Positions 10,711 to 22,565 of a stretch of DNA of 52,528 nt are shown here, one piece after another. The notes under the pieces are model-generated. The model had not been told where the DNA came from and ran no database searches. It worked only from the letters and a program-made list of their open reading frames with translations. Origin of the DNA: Octopus bimaculoides (Eukaryota); assembly GCF_001194135.2 (NCBI RefSeq), contig NC_068982.1, positions 70,600,994-70,653,521 of the forward strand, read 5' to 3'. The translations under genes and the position numbers were made by a program. The number at the start of each line of letters is the position of its first letter. Within the stretch, counting starts at the first letter, position 1.

Positions 10711-12354
10711 GTTTCGAGGGGCATCCCGCATGATCTAGGATGCGGAAGGTTCGTGTCGGCTTACACGGACGACGTCACCGTAATAGTGTCGGACATCACG
10801 GATCTCGAGGTGGTCGGCACTGCTCTAAGGGAGTACGAAGCGATGACAGGAGCAAATATTAACCAGGAGAAGTCGGTGGGCCTGCAGCTCGGCACCTGGA
10901 GAGGCAGGTTCATGCCAGCCGCCAGCATTGTAGGGCGCTGGACGGAAGAACCGGTTAAATTGCTCGGGGTCTGGTTTGGTCCAGACCTCCAGGTGGACAA
11001 GAACTAGTGACGAGCAGGGTGGCCAATCTCACCTAGAAATGGGCTGATAGGAAGCTGTCCCTGAAGGTAGAGCAGACGTGGCGAATGCGTACATCGCTTC
11101 CGTCATCTACTACCGCCTGACCGTCGTCCCTTGCTCCACTTCGTGCCTGATAAAGTTGGAGCACTTGCTCTTCCACTTCCTATGGAAGGGACGAGTTCCG
11201 CTCGTCAGACGGTCCTTCGGCTGTCAATAGCCGCTGAGTGGAGGACTGAGAATGCCGTGGCCAATGTTGCCTAGACATGTGCTGAAGCTGTGACATCTCC
11301 AGCGTTTCCTTTACGGTAAACAGGTGTGGTCGCCGTCCGTCNNNNNNNNNNNNNNNNNNNNNNNNNNNNNNNNNNNNNNNNNNNNNNNNNNNNNNNNNNN
11401 NNNNNNNNNNNNNNNNNNNNNNNNNNNNNNNNNNNNNNNNNNNNNNNNNNNNNNNNNNNNNNNNNNNNNNNNNNNNNNNNNNNNNNNNNNNNNNNNNNNN
11501 NNNNNNNNNNNNNNNNNNNNNNNNNNNNNNNNNNNNNNNNNNNNNNNNNNNNNNNNNNNNNNNNNNNNNNNNNNNNNNNNNNNNNNNNNNNNNNNNNNNN
11601 NNNNNNNNNNNNNNNNNNNNNNNNNNNNNNNNNNNNNNNNNNNNNNNNNNNNNNNNNNNNNNNNNNNNNNNNNNNNNNNNNNNNNNNNNNNNNNNNNNNN
11701 NNNNNNNNNNNNNNNNNNNNNNNNNNNNNNNNNNNNNNNNNNNNNNNNNNNNNNNNNACGGACTTGGCCGAGGTGTACGCAGGGGGATGAAACCGTTCTG
11801 CAAGCACTCGTCCAGTGTCCGTGCATTACTGACCTATGGAGCTTTGTCGAACAGTTGTATAGGACGGATCCGGTTATCAGCCAAGTCCATTGTGAGGATC
11901 ACCCCGCCGCCTTCTTTTAGTCGGGAGGGAAAGGCAGTTTTCCTCTGCCTGATGGCTATAGCGAAAAAGATAGTGTTGTGAAAGAAAAGTGAGGGTAGAG
12001 AGGGAAGTACTCCCCCCCCCCCAGTAAGTTTGTTGAAAGGTGGGTGAATGTTGCGAAAATGGCTCGTGGGAATGAGCCTACTCTAAATATTCGTCCGTAA
12101 ACCGGAGCAGTTGAGGGGAAGAGGGGTATCTACCTGGCGTGCCCTTGGCAGTCGGGGTGACCAGGATGTGTAGGGTACTCTGGTTGGCACTGGGTGAAAC
12201 TCACCCCTATTGGGGAATTTTTTTGTTTAATATTTTTGTTAACTGCTTTTGTTTTTATTGTTTACACGTTTTACTGTTTTAAACCCTACTCATCCCTTGT
12301 TTTGTATTATCCCTAATTGTTTTTGTGTTTGGCCCTTGTGGCCAATAAAGAAAA
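10711..12354 (+). mobile_element. 5'-truncated L1/Tx1-clade LINE (RT end, ORF2 C-terminus, 3'UTR); contains a gap
   Basis: SAYTDDVTV..INQEKS..VKLLGVWF (RT catalytic region onward), LSLK..VANAYIASVIYYRLTVVPC-like segment, C-terminal CPRCTQGDETVLQALVQC; ends GGCCCTTGTGGCCAATAAAG. Confidence 0.85.
11342..11757. other. Assembly gap
   Basis: N run. Confidence 1.
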
Positions 12355-12800
12355 GCAATCCCTGATCAACTTCTTCAAGTTTCACTTGAAAAGGAAAATA
12401 AGGGTAGAGAAAGAAGTGTTATCTTCCAGCCAGTTTGCTGAAAGGTGGATGAAAGTGGTGAGAATGGTGCGAGTGGAAGGGCTTGCCCTGAGTATACGCC
12501 CGTAGTTGGGAAAAAAAAGTAAAGGAAAACAGGCACAAAAAAAGTAAAGGAAAACAGGCACAAAAAAAGTAAAGGAAAACAATGGATTTTATGGGGTTTT
12601 TTCCACGAGCAGCCCTCGAAGGTCTATTTCCTATTGAGGATTACACATTGTTGATTTTTTAGAAAATTATGTTACTCTTGTTTACACGCAAAAACCCTCA
12701 CAACAACACACACTCACACACATACACACAGACATTCTATGTTTTGTTCTGTGCTGTCCTTAATGTTTTTCTTAATGTAAACCCTAGTGGTTAATAATGA
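12345..12800 (+). mobile_element. Second Tx1-type 3' end (ORF2 terminal peptide + UTR)
   Basis: KEKQSLINFFKFHLKRKIRVEKEVLSSSQFAERWMKVVRM* parallels the end of the previous copy; internal 25-bp tandem repeat ~12512-12581; ends CCCTAGTGGTTAATAATGAAA. Confidence 0.75.
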
Positions 12801-13190
12801 AATCATCGAGAGTAGAGAGGGAAGTGCTGTCTCATAGCAAATTTGTTGAAAGATGGGTGACTGTTGGAAGAATGGCCAGTATGAACGGACCAATTCTGAG
12901 AATACACCTATAAAAAAAAGGGTAGTATAAAAGGAGAAAGGGCTCTATAACCCTTTCTTATTTTCTGACCAGGCTCTCGTGGCTTTTATGGGTTTTTCCA
13001 CGTGTAACCTTTCGAAGCGCCTCCCCCTATTGGGAGCTTTATTTGTTATATCTTTCTCTGTTATTCCTAACTGTTTACACGAACGTTTTTTTTTTCTACC
13101 TTCCAGACAAAACCCTTTGTAACCTTCATTCTGTCTTTGTCCTTACATGTTTTTGATTTATATTAGCCCTTGTGGCCAATAAAACCAGAA
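12801..13190 (+). mobile_element. Third Tx1-type 3' end
   Basis: RVEREVLSHSKFVERWVTVGRM...*; ends TAGCCCTTGTGGCCAATAAAA. Confidence 0.75.
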
Positions 13191-13227
13191 TTAATTATTA
13201 TTATTAGTAGTATTATTATTATTATTA

Positions 13228-13407
13228 ATATTCCGCCGAGGTCGACTTTACCTTTCATTTTTTTTTGGGAGGGGGGGTCGATAAATTAAATACCAGTGAA
13301 ATTCTGGGTCGATGTAATCGACTAGTTCCCTCCCCCAAAACTTCAGGCCTTGTGCCTATAATAGAAAGGATTATTATTATTGTTGTTATTATTATTATTA
13401 TTATTAT

Positions 13408-13445
<38 letters not shown>
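13228..13445 (+). mobile_element. 5'-truncated SINE family A with (ATT)n/(AGT)n tail
   Basis: CCGCCGAGGTCGACTTT...CAGGCCTTGTGCC...TAGAAAGGATTATT. Confidence 0.8.
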
Positions 13446-13448
<3 letters not shown>

Positions 13449-13729
13449 TGACCGATTTGTTTTTTGTCAGTATCTGTTTTTTGGTCTTCTTTAATCTAAT
13501 ATACCCATGACAAATTAAAGATTCGCCGGTTAATCAGGAACTCAGAGGGTGGGTATTAAACAACATCCGGTTTGTATCATCACCTGAAAGTCCGTTCGTT
13601 CCCGATGATAACGGCTTGCAGGTAGGTTTACTAATCAACGCAGGAACGTCGCTTTATTTCACACACCGCGCCCACATTTAGCGTTTATTAATGACATGCT
13701 AATCCTTCAACACCACTATCATCACAAAT

Positions 13730-14210
13730 ACCAGTGTACATACATACACACATATACACACACATATATATATATATATGCATACATACATGCCTACATA
13801 CATACATACATACATACATACATACATACATACATACATGTATACATAGATGCATGCATACATACATTCATGCATGCTTACATGCATACATATATACATG
13901 CATATATACAGACATACATATATTCATACATACATACATAAATAAATACATACATAAATACATACATACCTACATGCATATATATATATACACATGCATA
14001 CAGACGTACATACATACATATACACATATGCATATATGCATATTCAAATGTGCGTGCATATGTATATATGTACAAAACTTGCACATGTGTGAGTGTGTAT
14101 GCGTGACAGAGAGAGGAGAGAGGGGAGAAAGAGAGGCGAAGAAAGAGAGAAGAAGGAGAGGAAAAGAAAGAGAGGGGAGAGAAGGGGAGACAGAGGGGGA
14201 GAGTGAATCA
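13730..14210. repeat. (TACA)n/(TA)n microsatellite and GA-rich tract
   Basis: Direct sequence. Confidence 0.9.
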
Positions 14211-14339
14211 CTTTTATTCAGGTTCAAACCCAATCGAAGCCAATAATTCTTCTTCCAGTTCTTTACACGAGGAAAATAAATGAATAAATAAATAAATGCA
14301 ATAAAAGTAAATATAGAAATGAGATAAAATAAAAAGTAT

Positions 14340-14710
14340 CTGACAATCACTGTCATCATCATCATCATTAGCACTGTCATCATCATCATCATTATCAACA
14401 GCAGGAGCAGCAGCATCGTCGTTGTCATCGTCGTTATCATCATAATCATGATCACGATCATGAAGATGATGATGATCATCATCATCAGCAGCAGCAGCAG
14501 CAACTGCAGCAACTGCAGCAACAGCAGCAGTGGCGCCGTTTCCATCACTGCCATCGTCGTCGACGCGGTAATCATCATCATCGTCGTCGTCGTCATCATC
14601 ATCATCATCATCACCACCACCTTCATTAATTATCATCACCGTTTTCATTACCATCATTATCCTCATTATTATCCTCATCGTCAAATATTCGTAAGAAGAT
14701 GAAGAAAGCT
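14340..14710. repeat. (CAT)n/(CAG)n/(CGT)n low-complexity tract
   Basis: Direct sequence; source of the poly-D/A/M ORFs. Confidence 0.9.
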
Positions 14711-14855
14711 GACGGTGTCGACAGCATCGGTGGCACATTATCCGACTTTTTATTACTTTTGCTTTAGCGAAGGCGGAGACATCGTTTTCAGTTGTTTGTT
14801 TGTTTGTCTGTGAACAAAATATCTCAAGAACTGCTGGATGGATGCAGATGAAACT

Positions 14856-14977
14856 NNNNNNNNNNNNNNNNNNNNNNNNNNNNNNNNNNNNNNNNNNNNN
14901 NNNNNNNNNNNNNNNNNNNNNNNNNNNNNNNNNNNNNNNNNNNNNNNNNNNNNNNNNNNNNNNNNNNNNNNNNNNNN
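14856..14977. other. Assembly gap
   Basis: N run. Confidence 1.
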
Positions 14978-16090
14978 ACCGGACAAGGATTCTGGATTAT
15001 TTTTCCTGTTTTTATTGGGGGGGGGGGTTACTTAATTTTTGAGATTGGTCGGGTTCATTTTTAGCATTCACGTTTGTGAGAGCAGTCGAGTTTATTTCAG
15101 ATATCCTCATTTTAAAAATCATCTCCGGCTGATCGTTGAGAGGACGTTGGTGTTGCCTTGGCAGAGGTCTGCGCTCTCTGAGTGTTCTTGCTTTTGCTTG
15201 ACTTTTTTTCCCTTCAGCTTTCCGGATTTTGTGAGATTTATTTTAGGAACCCTGCTTGTCCCATCGGCTTCCGTCTGATATCTATCCCTAGTGGATGGAA
15301 TGTTGCTGCTGTGAGCCAGACACTTCCTAATCATTTAATACTAGCTGTTGTTATCGTTGTTCTTGCTGTCCTTTTCTTTGCCGGTTGTAATTTGGAAAAG
15401 GAGGAGTGGAATTTTTGGTCTCATGACTTGCTCCTAGTAATGAAGACGAGACAGTTTCATTTGCTGGCTCATGAGTTGTGCCTGGTGTCAACCTAGAACC
15501 GACAACTTCCATGATTTGTCGTTTCTTTTGGTCTTTTGGACTTTCTTTACAGAAAAGTCTTTGATAACTTTTGTTTTCATATATCTAGCAACAAGGTCAT
15601 CTATCTTGGATAATGAGTTTTATGGTCTTTTTGTCATCACACTTTACAGGACAGTTCTCTCGTTATTTTATGGTCTTACAGGGTCATGAAGACTTGTATG
15701 TCCATGATGATTCCGTCCACTTGTATTTTCCGCCTGCCTATATTGTGCCACGAAGGTTACTACTAGGCAGTGGTCATTTTGTTCACCGATCTACCCAACA
15801 CTTTTCTTATGTTTCTCCTTCCCAAATACTACTGAAGCAGCTTATGGGCAAGTGCATTGCGTTCTATTTGGGTTTGAGCTTTCATCCATCCTCTATTTTA
15901 AAAACTGCACAAATAGTACCATATGTCCTACTTTCCCAATCAAGGATGTTTCAATTCATTTAAATTGTCTGCTATTATTATCTCGAACTCGTACTTTGGT
16001 GGAACGAGAAAACCAGTTCTGTTTTCTGCAAGACAGAAATATATTACTTCTTTTCATCCCATGGTTCTCTGTATTGAATTGTGGGAGTCC
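14978..16090 (-). pseudogene. Heavily decayed Tx1-type ORF1-like remnant
   Basis: Minus-strand fragments YLGRRNIRKVLGRSVNKMTTA..VTFVAQY, IQVDG and ..RENCP echo the ORF1 at 8116-9380 (SYRGRRSVRIRI..EWLV..QIEVE..CP); many stops and frameshifts. Confidence 0.4.
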
Positions 16091-16116
16091 AGTTCGATCA
16101 ACAAAATGTTGCCAGG

Positions 16117-16347
16117 GCGGCGAGCTGGCAGAATCGTTAGCACGCCAGGCGAACTACCTAGCGGTATTTCGTCTGTTGTTACGTTCCGAGTTCAAATTCC
16201 GCCGAGGTCAACTTTGCCTTTCATCCTTTCGGGGTCAATTAAATAAGTACCAGTTACGCACTGGGGTCGATGTAATCGACTTAATCTCTTTGTCTGTCTT
16301 TGTTTGTCCCCGCTATGTTTAGCCTTCCGTGAGCAATAAAGAAAAAA
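16117..16347 (+). mobile_element. SINE family A, subtype B tail (Tx1-like), full length
   Basis: Perfect 14-bp TSD AAAATGTTGCCAGG (16103-16116, 16348-16361); tail TGTTTAGCCTTCCGTGAGCAATAAAG + A run. Confidence 0.9.
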
Positions 16348-16519
16348 AAAATGTTGCCAGGTTTTCGATCTTTAAGCAAAATGCTTCATACTAAGAATTT
16401 TTCTCTTAGAAAGAAAACGAATCAAAGATGATTTTTCATTATTCATGTTTACATCCGAAGTGATACGTACATGTTGTTGTTGTTGTTGTTAAGAGGATTT
16501 CTGTTGCGTATAATTAATA

Positions 16520-16716
16520 TGGGTTTCAAATTTTGGCACAAGGCCAGCTGTTTTGGGAGAGGGGTCAAGTCGAGTAATTTGACACTAGTGCTCAAATTGT
16601 CCTTATTTTATCGACCCGGAAAAGATGAAAGGTAAAGTCAACTTCGGCAGAATTTCAACTCAGAACGTAGAGACGGATGAAATACCGCTATGCAACTTGC
16701 CCGGGGTGCTCACGAT

Positions 16717-16720
<4 letters not shown>
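16520..16720 (-). mobile_element. SINE family A
   Basis: Reverse complement of head, body and tail; (TCTA)n follows. Confidence 0.75.
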
Positions 16721-16766
<46 letters not shown>

Positions 16767-16855
16767 GCACACACACGCGCGCGCACGTAAGTCAGCACAT
16801 AAATGCAAAACAAAGTGGAAAAGATAGTACTCGAATACCAAAAGTAGAGCAATAT

Positions 16856-17260
16856 TCTTCTTCTTCTCGGGTCCGTTGGTGTCTTTGAGCGGCACATCGG
16901 GCAGTCAGTAATCGCCAATTATCTCCATCTCAAGCCAACCAGTATGCTTCTTCCCAGGTGATGTTCAGTCTGCGTAGTCCTCTTTGAAGGTACCACGCCA
17001 TGTCTTCTCTTACCTTCCAGCGGTATCCAGCCTATGGCTGTTTTGGCAAGCCTCTCCTCTGGCAATCTTAGTATGTGTCCAGCCATTCTCATTCGTCGTT
17101 CGGTTACAATTGCAGGCAGAGGCCTTACACTTGTTGCTTGGAGAATGGCTTTCTTTGTCACTCTGTCTCGATAAGTGATTCTTTGGATCTTTCTGAGGCA
17201 CCGCTAATGAAATACGATAGGCGCCTTTTGCAGCATAGGTGTTCCTATATTGCATGGGTG
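16856..17260 (-). mobile_element. RTE-clade LINE 3' end with (GAA)n tail
   Basis: RCLRKIQRITYRDRVTKKAILQAT..RRMRMAGHILRLPEERLAKTAIGWIPLEGKRRHG. Confidence 0.8.
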
Positions 17261-17329
17261 AACCTTCATAAGGTAGTCAGCCCATCTCCTAGAACACATG
17301 CTTTTCTACACTCCCTGCAAGTGTAGATG

Positions 17330-17560
17330 CCGTATAATGCATAGTTAAAAACTACCTTGTACGTGTGTGGCTTCTCTGATGATTTCTCAGGCCTTTCTTC
17401 CTTAAGACAGACACGTCCACATTCGTTACATTCTAAACTGGGATGTATGCCAACATACACAGACAAATTCCCATCAAGCCTCCAACGAATATCTCTCTTT
17501 AGCTGTTTATGCTCGATACGGTTTCGTTCAAATTCTAGAGCGAACATACACATCTAATCC
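17330..17560 (-). mobile_element. RTE/Bov-B-like C-terminal fragment with degenerate zinc finger
   Basis: FERNRIEHKQLKR...LECNECGRVCL. Confidence 0.5.
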
Positions 17561-17834
17561 TTCAGACATTACTTTCCGGCATATCTACATTTCAGTTTCC
17601 TAAAAAAAATTTTTTTTTTTAAAGTATAAAAGCAATGATAGATAACAGGACGTTGCACGCAATGCTTTTTTTTTTTTTACAGTCGTAAAAAAATTAAAGT
17701 AAATTGTGTTAGAAACTGGAAGTGACGACAGTGAAATCCCATATGCAGTTAAAAAATCATTTCGTTCTGCAAAATGTTTCTTAATCACGTGTATATCAGT
17801 TTAATTATTATTACTAGTAGAGTTAATTAAATAG

Positions 17835-18058
17835 GGCTGGCAGAATTGTAAGTACGCCGGACAAAATGCTTAACGGCATTTTGCCCGTCTTTATGTTCTG
17901 TGTTCATATTCCGCCGAAGCCGACTTTGCTTTTCATCTTTTTCGGGGTCGGTAAAGTAAGTATCAGTGAAGTACTTGGGATCGATGTAATCGACTAGTCA
18001 CGCCATCCCCAACCCCACCAAAGGAAAATTGAGCCTTTGTGTCTATAGTAGAAGGAAT
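17835..18058 (+). mobile_element. SINE family A; tail interrupted by a solo LTR
   Basis: Tail TAGTAGAAGGAAT resumes as (GAAT)TATT after the LTR. Confidence 0.8.
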
Positions 18059-19232
18059 TGTAATATTTCGACTGTGCGAACCAAAGGAGAATGGTGATGA
18101 AGTGGAAGATGACTCCTTTTAACGCGTCGCACGGTCGAACACAATAACCAAGATATAATATAGAAGAAGGTTCGTCGTGAGAGATACGACGCCAAGTGCC
18201 AGAAGGAATCAGATAGTGACAAACACAACCGTTAAATATATAAAGAGAGTAAGTTTATTAACATAGTGAAACTGTAATATCTGTGTGCGTGCATACGGCA
18301 TATATAAATAACACAGTAGATAAGTCAGGCTTTCTTGTACAAGAGTATGTATACAACAATGTGAAATAACGGACAGTCGTATAAGCAATAGTGTATGCGG
18401 CATATATAAATAACACAGTAGATAAGTCAGGCCTTCGTGTACAAAAGAATGTATACAACAAGGTGAAATAATGGACAGTCGTATAAGCAATAGTGTGTAC
18501 ACAATATGTGAGTGTACAAGTGTGTATGTGAATGAGAGGAACACAGAAATAGAAAGAGTGTCTGTAACATAGACTGTAAAAAGTCTTCAAACACTGAGAT
18601 AGAGAAAACCAGTTCGTATAAGAGTTACACAAGATATAGAATGTTCATACGCAGGAAGTCGTGTCCAAGGAGCAGAGCTGTGGTATCACAATATGTGTGT
18701 TGAGCGTCGATGCTGTGACCGGTTAACTTGTACGGAATATTCTCGCAGGTTAGTTCTGACTGTTGTTCGTGGTGGAAACAATCCACTCGTACAGTGTCGA
18801 TATAAAACCGAATTTGTTGATATTGGTGTGTACTCTGTGGTGGGATTGCTGGCGACAACATTGGTAGACAGTACATTTGTGGTGAAGAGGTCGTCGCTGG
18901 AAACTGGCTGTAGCTGTGTTCTGTATGTGTGGTCAGCGACCAGACCTATGAGAGATCTGGAATCGAAGACGACTGGCGTCGTTGGAGCGGGCTTATTTAT
19001 AGATGAAATAGGGCTCACCTGAAACGAAGAAAAACTCTCTCTCACGTGACCTTATTATAAGGCCACGATTGGACGGAATGCACCCTGGTGCGAAGCAGAA
19101 CTGGGGACAACTGCCGCGCAAATGAGAACCAATCAGGGTGGTGGACAGAAGGGTCCAAGGCAGCCGAAGGCTAGATGTTAACCGCTTCGTTATCATTTAT
19201 GATTGAATGCCCGAGAGAGAGGTTTCACTGCA
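18059..19232 (-). mobile_element. Solo LTR, 1174 bp, probably Gypsy/Ty3-type
   Basis: TG...CA termini; perfect 4-bp TSD GAAT (18055-18058, 19233-19236); CCAAT 19129-19133; minus-strand TATAAATAA 18993-19001 and AATAAA 18254-18259; second copy at 20828-21634. Confidence 0.85.
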
Positions 19233-19579
19233 GAATTATTGGTTGAGTTAAGTGCTCTTCTCAAAAGAAGGAATTGGCTCATATTGTCCGAGTGAATTCA
19301 CGGGAACAACGTCACCGCTTCCCTTCGATTCTTTTTCTAGAGTTCATTAATTGTGCAGGTTTATTGCATTGCTCACATACAATCCACCGAGGTGCCTTCT
19401 CTGTTGTGTTTATTACTGGGTGTAGTACATTTGAACGATGTCTCTCGACAGCTATTTCTGAAATACTTAAATATTTCACTAGAAAGTGCTATACTTCTAA
19501 GTGACTAAAAATTAGGGAGATGTCTGCGATGTCACTGTTCATCAATTCCGGTTGTTATCGCAATTTACTTTCACTTGTT

Positions 19580-19880
19580 TTAAGACATTTACTTCCGCTT
19601 TTTTTTTTATGACCGTAAACTACTTGTTAACCGCTTTTATTATCGATTGTTAACGATCATTTGTTTACCTTTCACTTTAATTTAGTGTACTTTGTTTCAC
19701 TTCGTCCGCCTTCTTAATTGTACAAATTTCAAAAAATCACCCACTGTTGTCCACTGTACTGCTTCTCTCACCATAGCCACCGACCAGTGAAAAACTGCTT
19801 GTCTTCTTCACCATAATAAAGGAAAGGGGAAATTTCAGAGCGTTTCGAGCGATAAAGATAGACACCGGAAGTCAAATACA
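19580..19880 (-). promoter_or_regulatory. Possible CpG-retaining promoter / first exon
   Basis: Apparently unique sequence with ETS-like ACTTCCGC (~19591) and CCGGAAGT (~19865); minus-strand AAG|GTAAAC donor at 19668. Motif-only evidence. Confidence 0.25.
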
Positions 19881-20157
19881 AAGGGGGGGGGGATCAGTTG
19901 TAAGGTTAGATTTATAACCGAATAGAATTACGAGAAATTATTATTCGATGAGAAAAAGAAATTTATGATGCCCTATCACCCTCCCAGCGGGCTTTTTCCG
20001 GTATTGAATAAGCCTGGTGATCTCTCGAGAGTTTTCATTTCCTTCATATACACACATACAGACACGAATAATAACGATGTAGTTGATACAAATAATCACT
20101 GTATATATTAGATTACATTTATATAATTCGAGGATGCTGTCTCCACAATAAGTCTCC

Positions 20158-20224
<67 letters not shown>

Positions 20225-20247
20225 ATTATTTTCTCTCTCTCACACAC

Positions 20248-20281
<34 letters not shown>

Positions 20282-20827
20282 TGTGACTGATACTTAATAG
20301 TTCGTTAATGACTGAACCCTTGAGACTTGATTTAATAATCTTGTTTTTCATTATTTGTTTGTTTCCATATTAATTAGTTTAATCGTGCTTGTGTGCGTGA
20401 GTGAGTCTTTTGTTTGGTTGTTAAGTGTTACATCGTTGATTCATGTCGATTTACAATTATCTTAACATATAAAAGTGTATGTATGTATGTATGTATTTCT
20501 CATGACTGCTACTGATAGCATGGAATCCAGTACAACTTGTTGCATGATCGGGTCGTCGGCGACTTAAACGGCACGCCTGCCAGGCTTGCCTGGTGAGCAG
20601 GGTTGCAAGAAACCCAACGGGGATAAAAACAAGACTTGTCAAAAGGACAGGTAAACCTAATGCAGGTTCGATGACTATCTAGCAATAACATGGGCCCTCA
20701 GAAATTCCGGGTTGGTGTACAGCATACTGAAAAACCACTGGGAGTGAGGTATCCCCTCAGTTTTTGGTAAAGCATGTCTCTAGGAGAACAAGCAAAATGA
20801 CAACAACCACATCAATCACAAGAGATA

Positions 20828-21634
20828 TGTAATACTTCAACCGAGCGAACCAAAGGAGATGGCGACGTAGACGGAAAAGGCTCCTTTTTACCATGTCGCA
20901 CGGTCGAACACAAAAAACAGATTATATAACATAGAAGGCTCATCGTGAGAGATGATGCCAAGTGCCAGTAAAAGAACATAGTAGGACAGGCAACTGATAT
21001 ATATGTATATAGAGAGTAAGTTTATTAACACAGTGAAACTGTTTGTGTCTGTGTGAGTGCATGCGACATATATAAATAACACAGTAGATAAGTCAGGCCT
21101 TCGTGTACAAGAGAATGTATACAACAAGGTGAAATAACGGACAGTCGTATAAGCAATAGTGTGTGTACAATTGTGTGTGTGAGAGGAACACGGAACATAG
21201 AAAGAGTCTGTAACATAGACTGTAAAAAGTCTTCAAACACTGAGATAGAGAAAACCAGTTCGTATTAGAGTTACACTAGATTTAGAATGTTCATACGCAG
21301 GAAGTTGTGGCCAAGTAGCAGAGCTGTATGTGTGGTCAGCGACCAGACCTGTGAGAGATCTGGAATCGAAGACGACTGGCGTCGTTGGATCGGGCTTATT
21401 TATAGGCGAAATAGGGCTCACCGGAAACCCAGAAACACTTTCTCTCACGTAACCTTATCTGAAGGCCACGACTGGACGTAATGCACCATTAGCAAGCAGA
21501 ACATGGGGACAATTGCCGCGCAAATAAGAACCAATCAGGATGGTGGACAGAAGGGTCCAAGGCAGCCGAAGGCTAGATGTTAGCAGCTTCGTTATCATTT
21601 ATGATTGAATGCCCGAGAGAGAGGTTTCACTACA
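20828..21634 (-). mobile_element. Second solo LTR of the same family, 807 bp
   Basis: TGTAATA...CACTACA; TSD GATA/GATG (3/4); colinear with 18059-19232 apart from indels. Confidence 0.8.
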
Positions 21635-22565
21635 GATGGAACTAACAGAACAACATCTCTCGGACGAGCCTCTCGATTACACAGTTCTACGGAAGAAGAA
21701 CGAGGAATTGATGAAGTTTGTAGATTCAAATAAAGACAACATTTTGGTAATAGACGACGATTTTGATGCTCTCACCATTTCTGAAACCCCAGAAAGGAGA
21801 GTTCTGATAAGAACAACTTCCACCACGTATCGTATTTTGAAGAAACGTTTCCCACATCATGTAGGAGTTTTCAAAAACTTATTGGACAAAAGGTTATTGG
21901 AAGGCCTGTTTAAAGGCCTCGAAAAAGGACCAACCCAAGACTAGGGTAAGCGAATGACTCATCTCTTGGTTCTTTCCCTCCTCCTTGAATGGCAATTCTA
22001 AGAACAGGTTATGTAAATGCTCGTGGCCTGAGGGCAACGTGGAAACAGGGTCACCTGCTCAACATCCTCAGGCCACTACAATTTCCGAAACACAATCGCT
22101 TGCTCTACTTCTGGACGACTATGGGGTTTATGCAACCTGCGGTCAGCCTGGATCAAATAGCGTCGCGGTGACGTGAAGGTGAGTACAGTTTTCCTTGACC
22201 TAGTCGGAACGATGGTGGTCTTGGACGTAAGCAGCAAGAAAGGCAATAGTGGAGCCTTCAGACTAGTGACAGTCAATGCTCCAACAGAAGCCGGGCGGCC
22301 AGATTTCTTTACACGTCTAGAGAATTTCTTAGGAACATCTCGCTCATTAGTGTTAATGGGCGACTGAAATGGAATCTTAGATACAAGCAAAGCTTATGTG
22401 GGAGTAACAGATAGTGGGAATTGGATGCAAAAGCCTCGCCAACCTTCTCAAGCATTTCCAACTTATGACAGGTTTCGCCTCGATTTCCCAAACACACCAA
22501 TATGCACTTGGTCAAATCGCAGTGGGTCATCCAGGTCATACATTGATAAAGTTTTTATTAAGCTA
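21635..22565 (+). mobile_element. L1/Tx1 LINE fragment: end of an upstream ORF plus disrupted APE endonuclease of ORF2
   Basis: MAILRTGYVNARGL, FRLVTVNAP, LVLMGD*NGILD, TWSNRSGSSRSYIDKVF are APE motifs. The upstream part probably extends to ~20490, before the LTR. Confidence 0.85.

Noticed and set aside
13970-14738. Poly-D/A/L/M ORFs of 174-218 aa
   Set aside because: Trinucleotide low-complexity DNA; no domain.
18297-18496. CRISPR-like array (also the 122-bp and 25-bp repeats)
   Set aside because: Only 2-3 units, no unique spacers, no cas genes; eukaryotic context.
18059-21634. A single provirus with two LTRs
   Set aside because: Each LTR has its own TSD; no gag/pol, PBS or PPT recognised in between.
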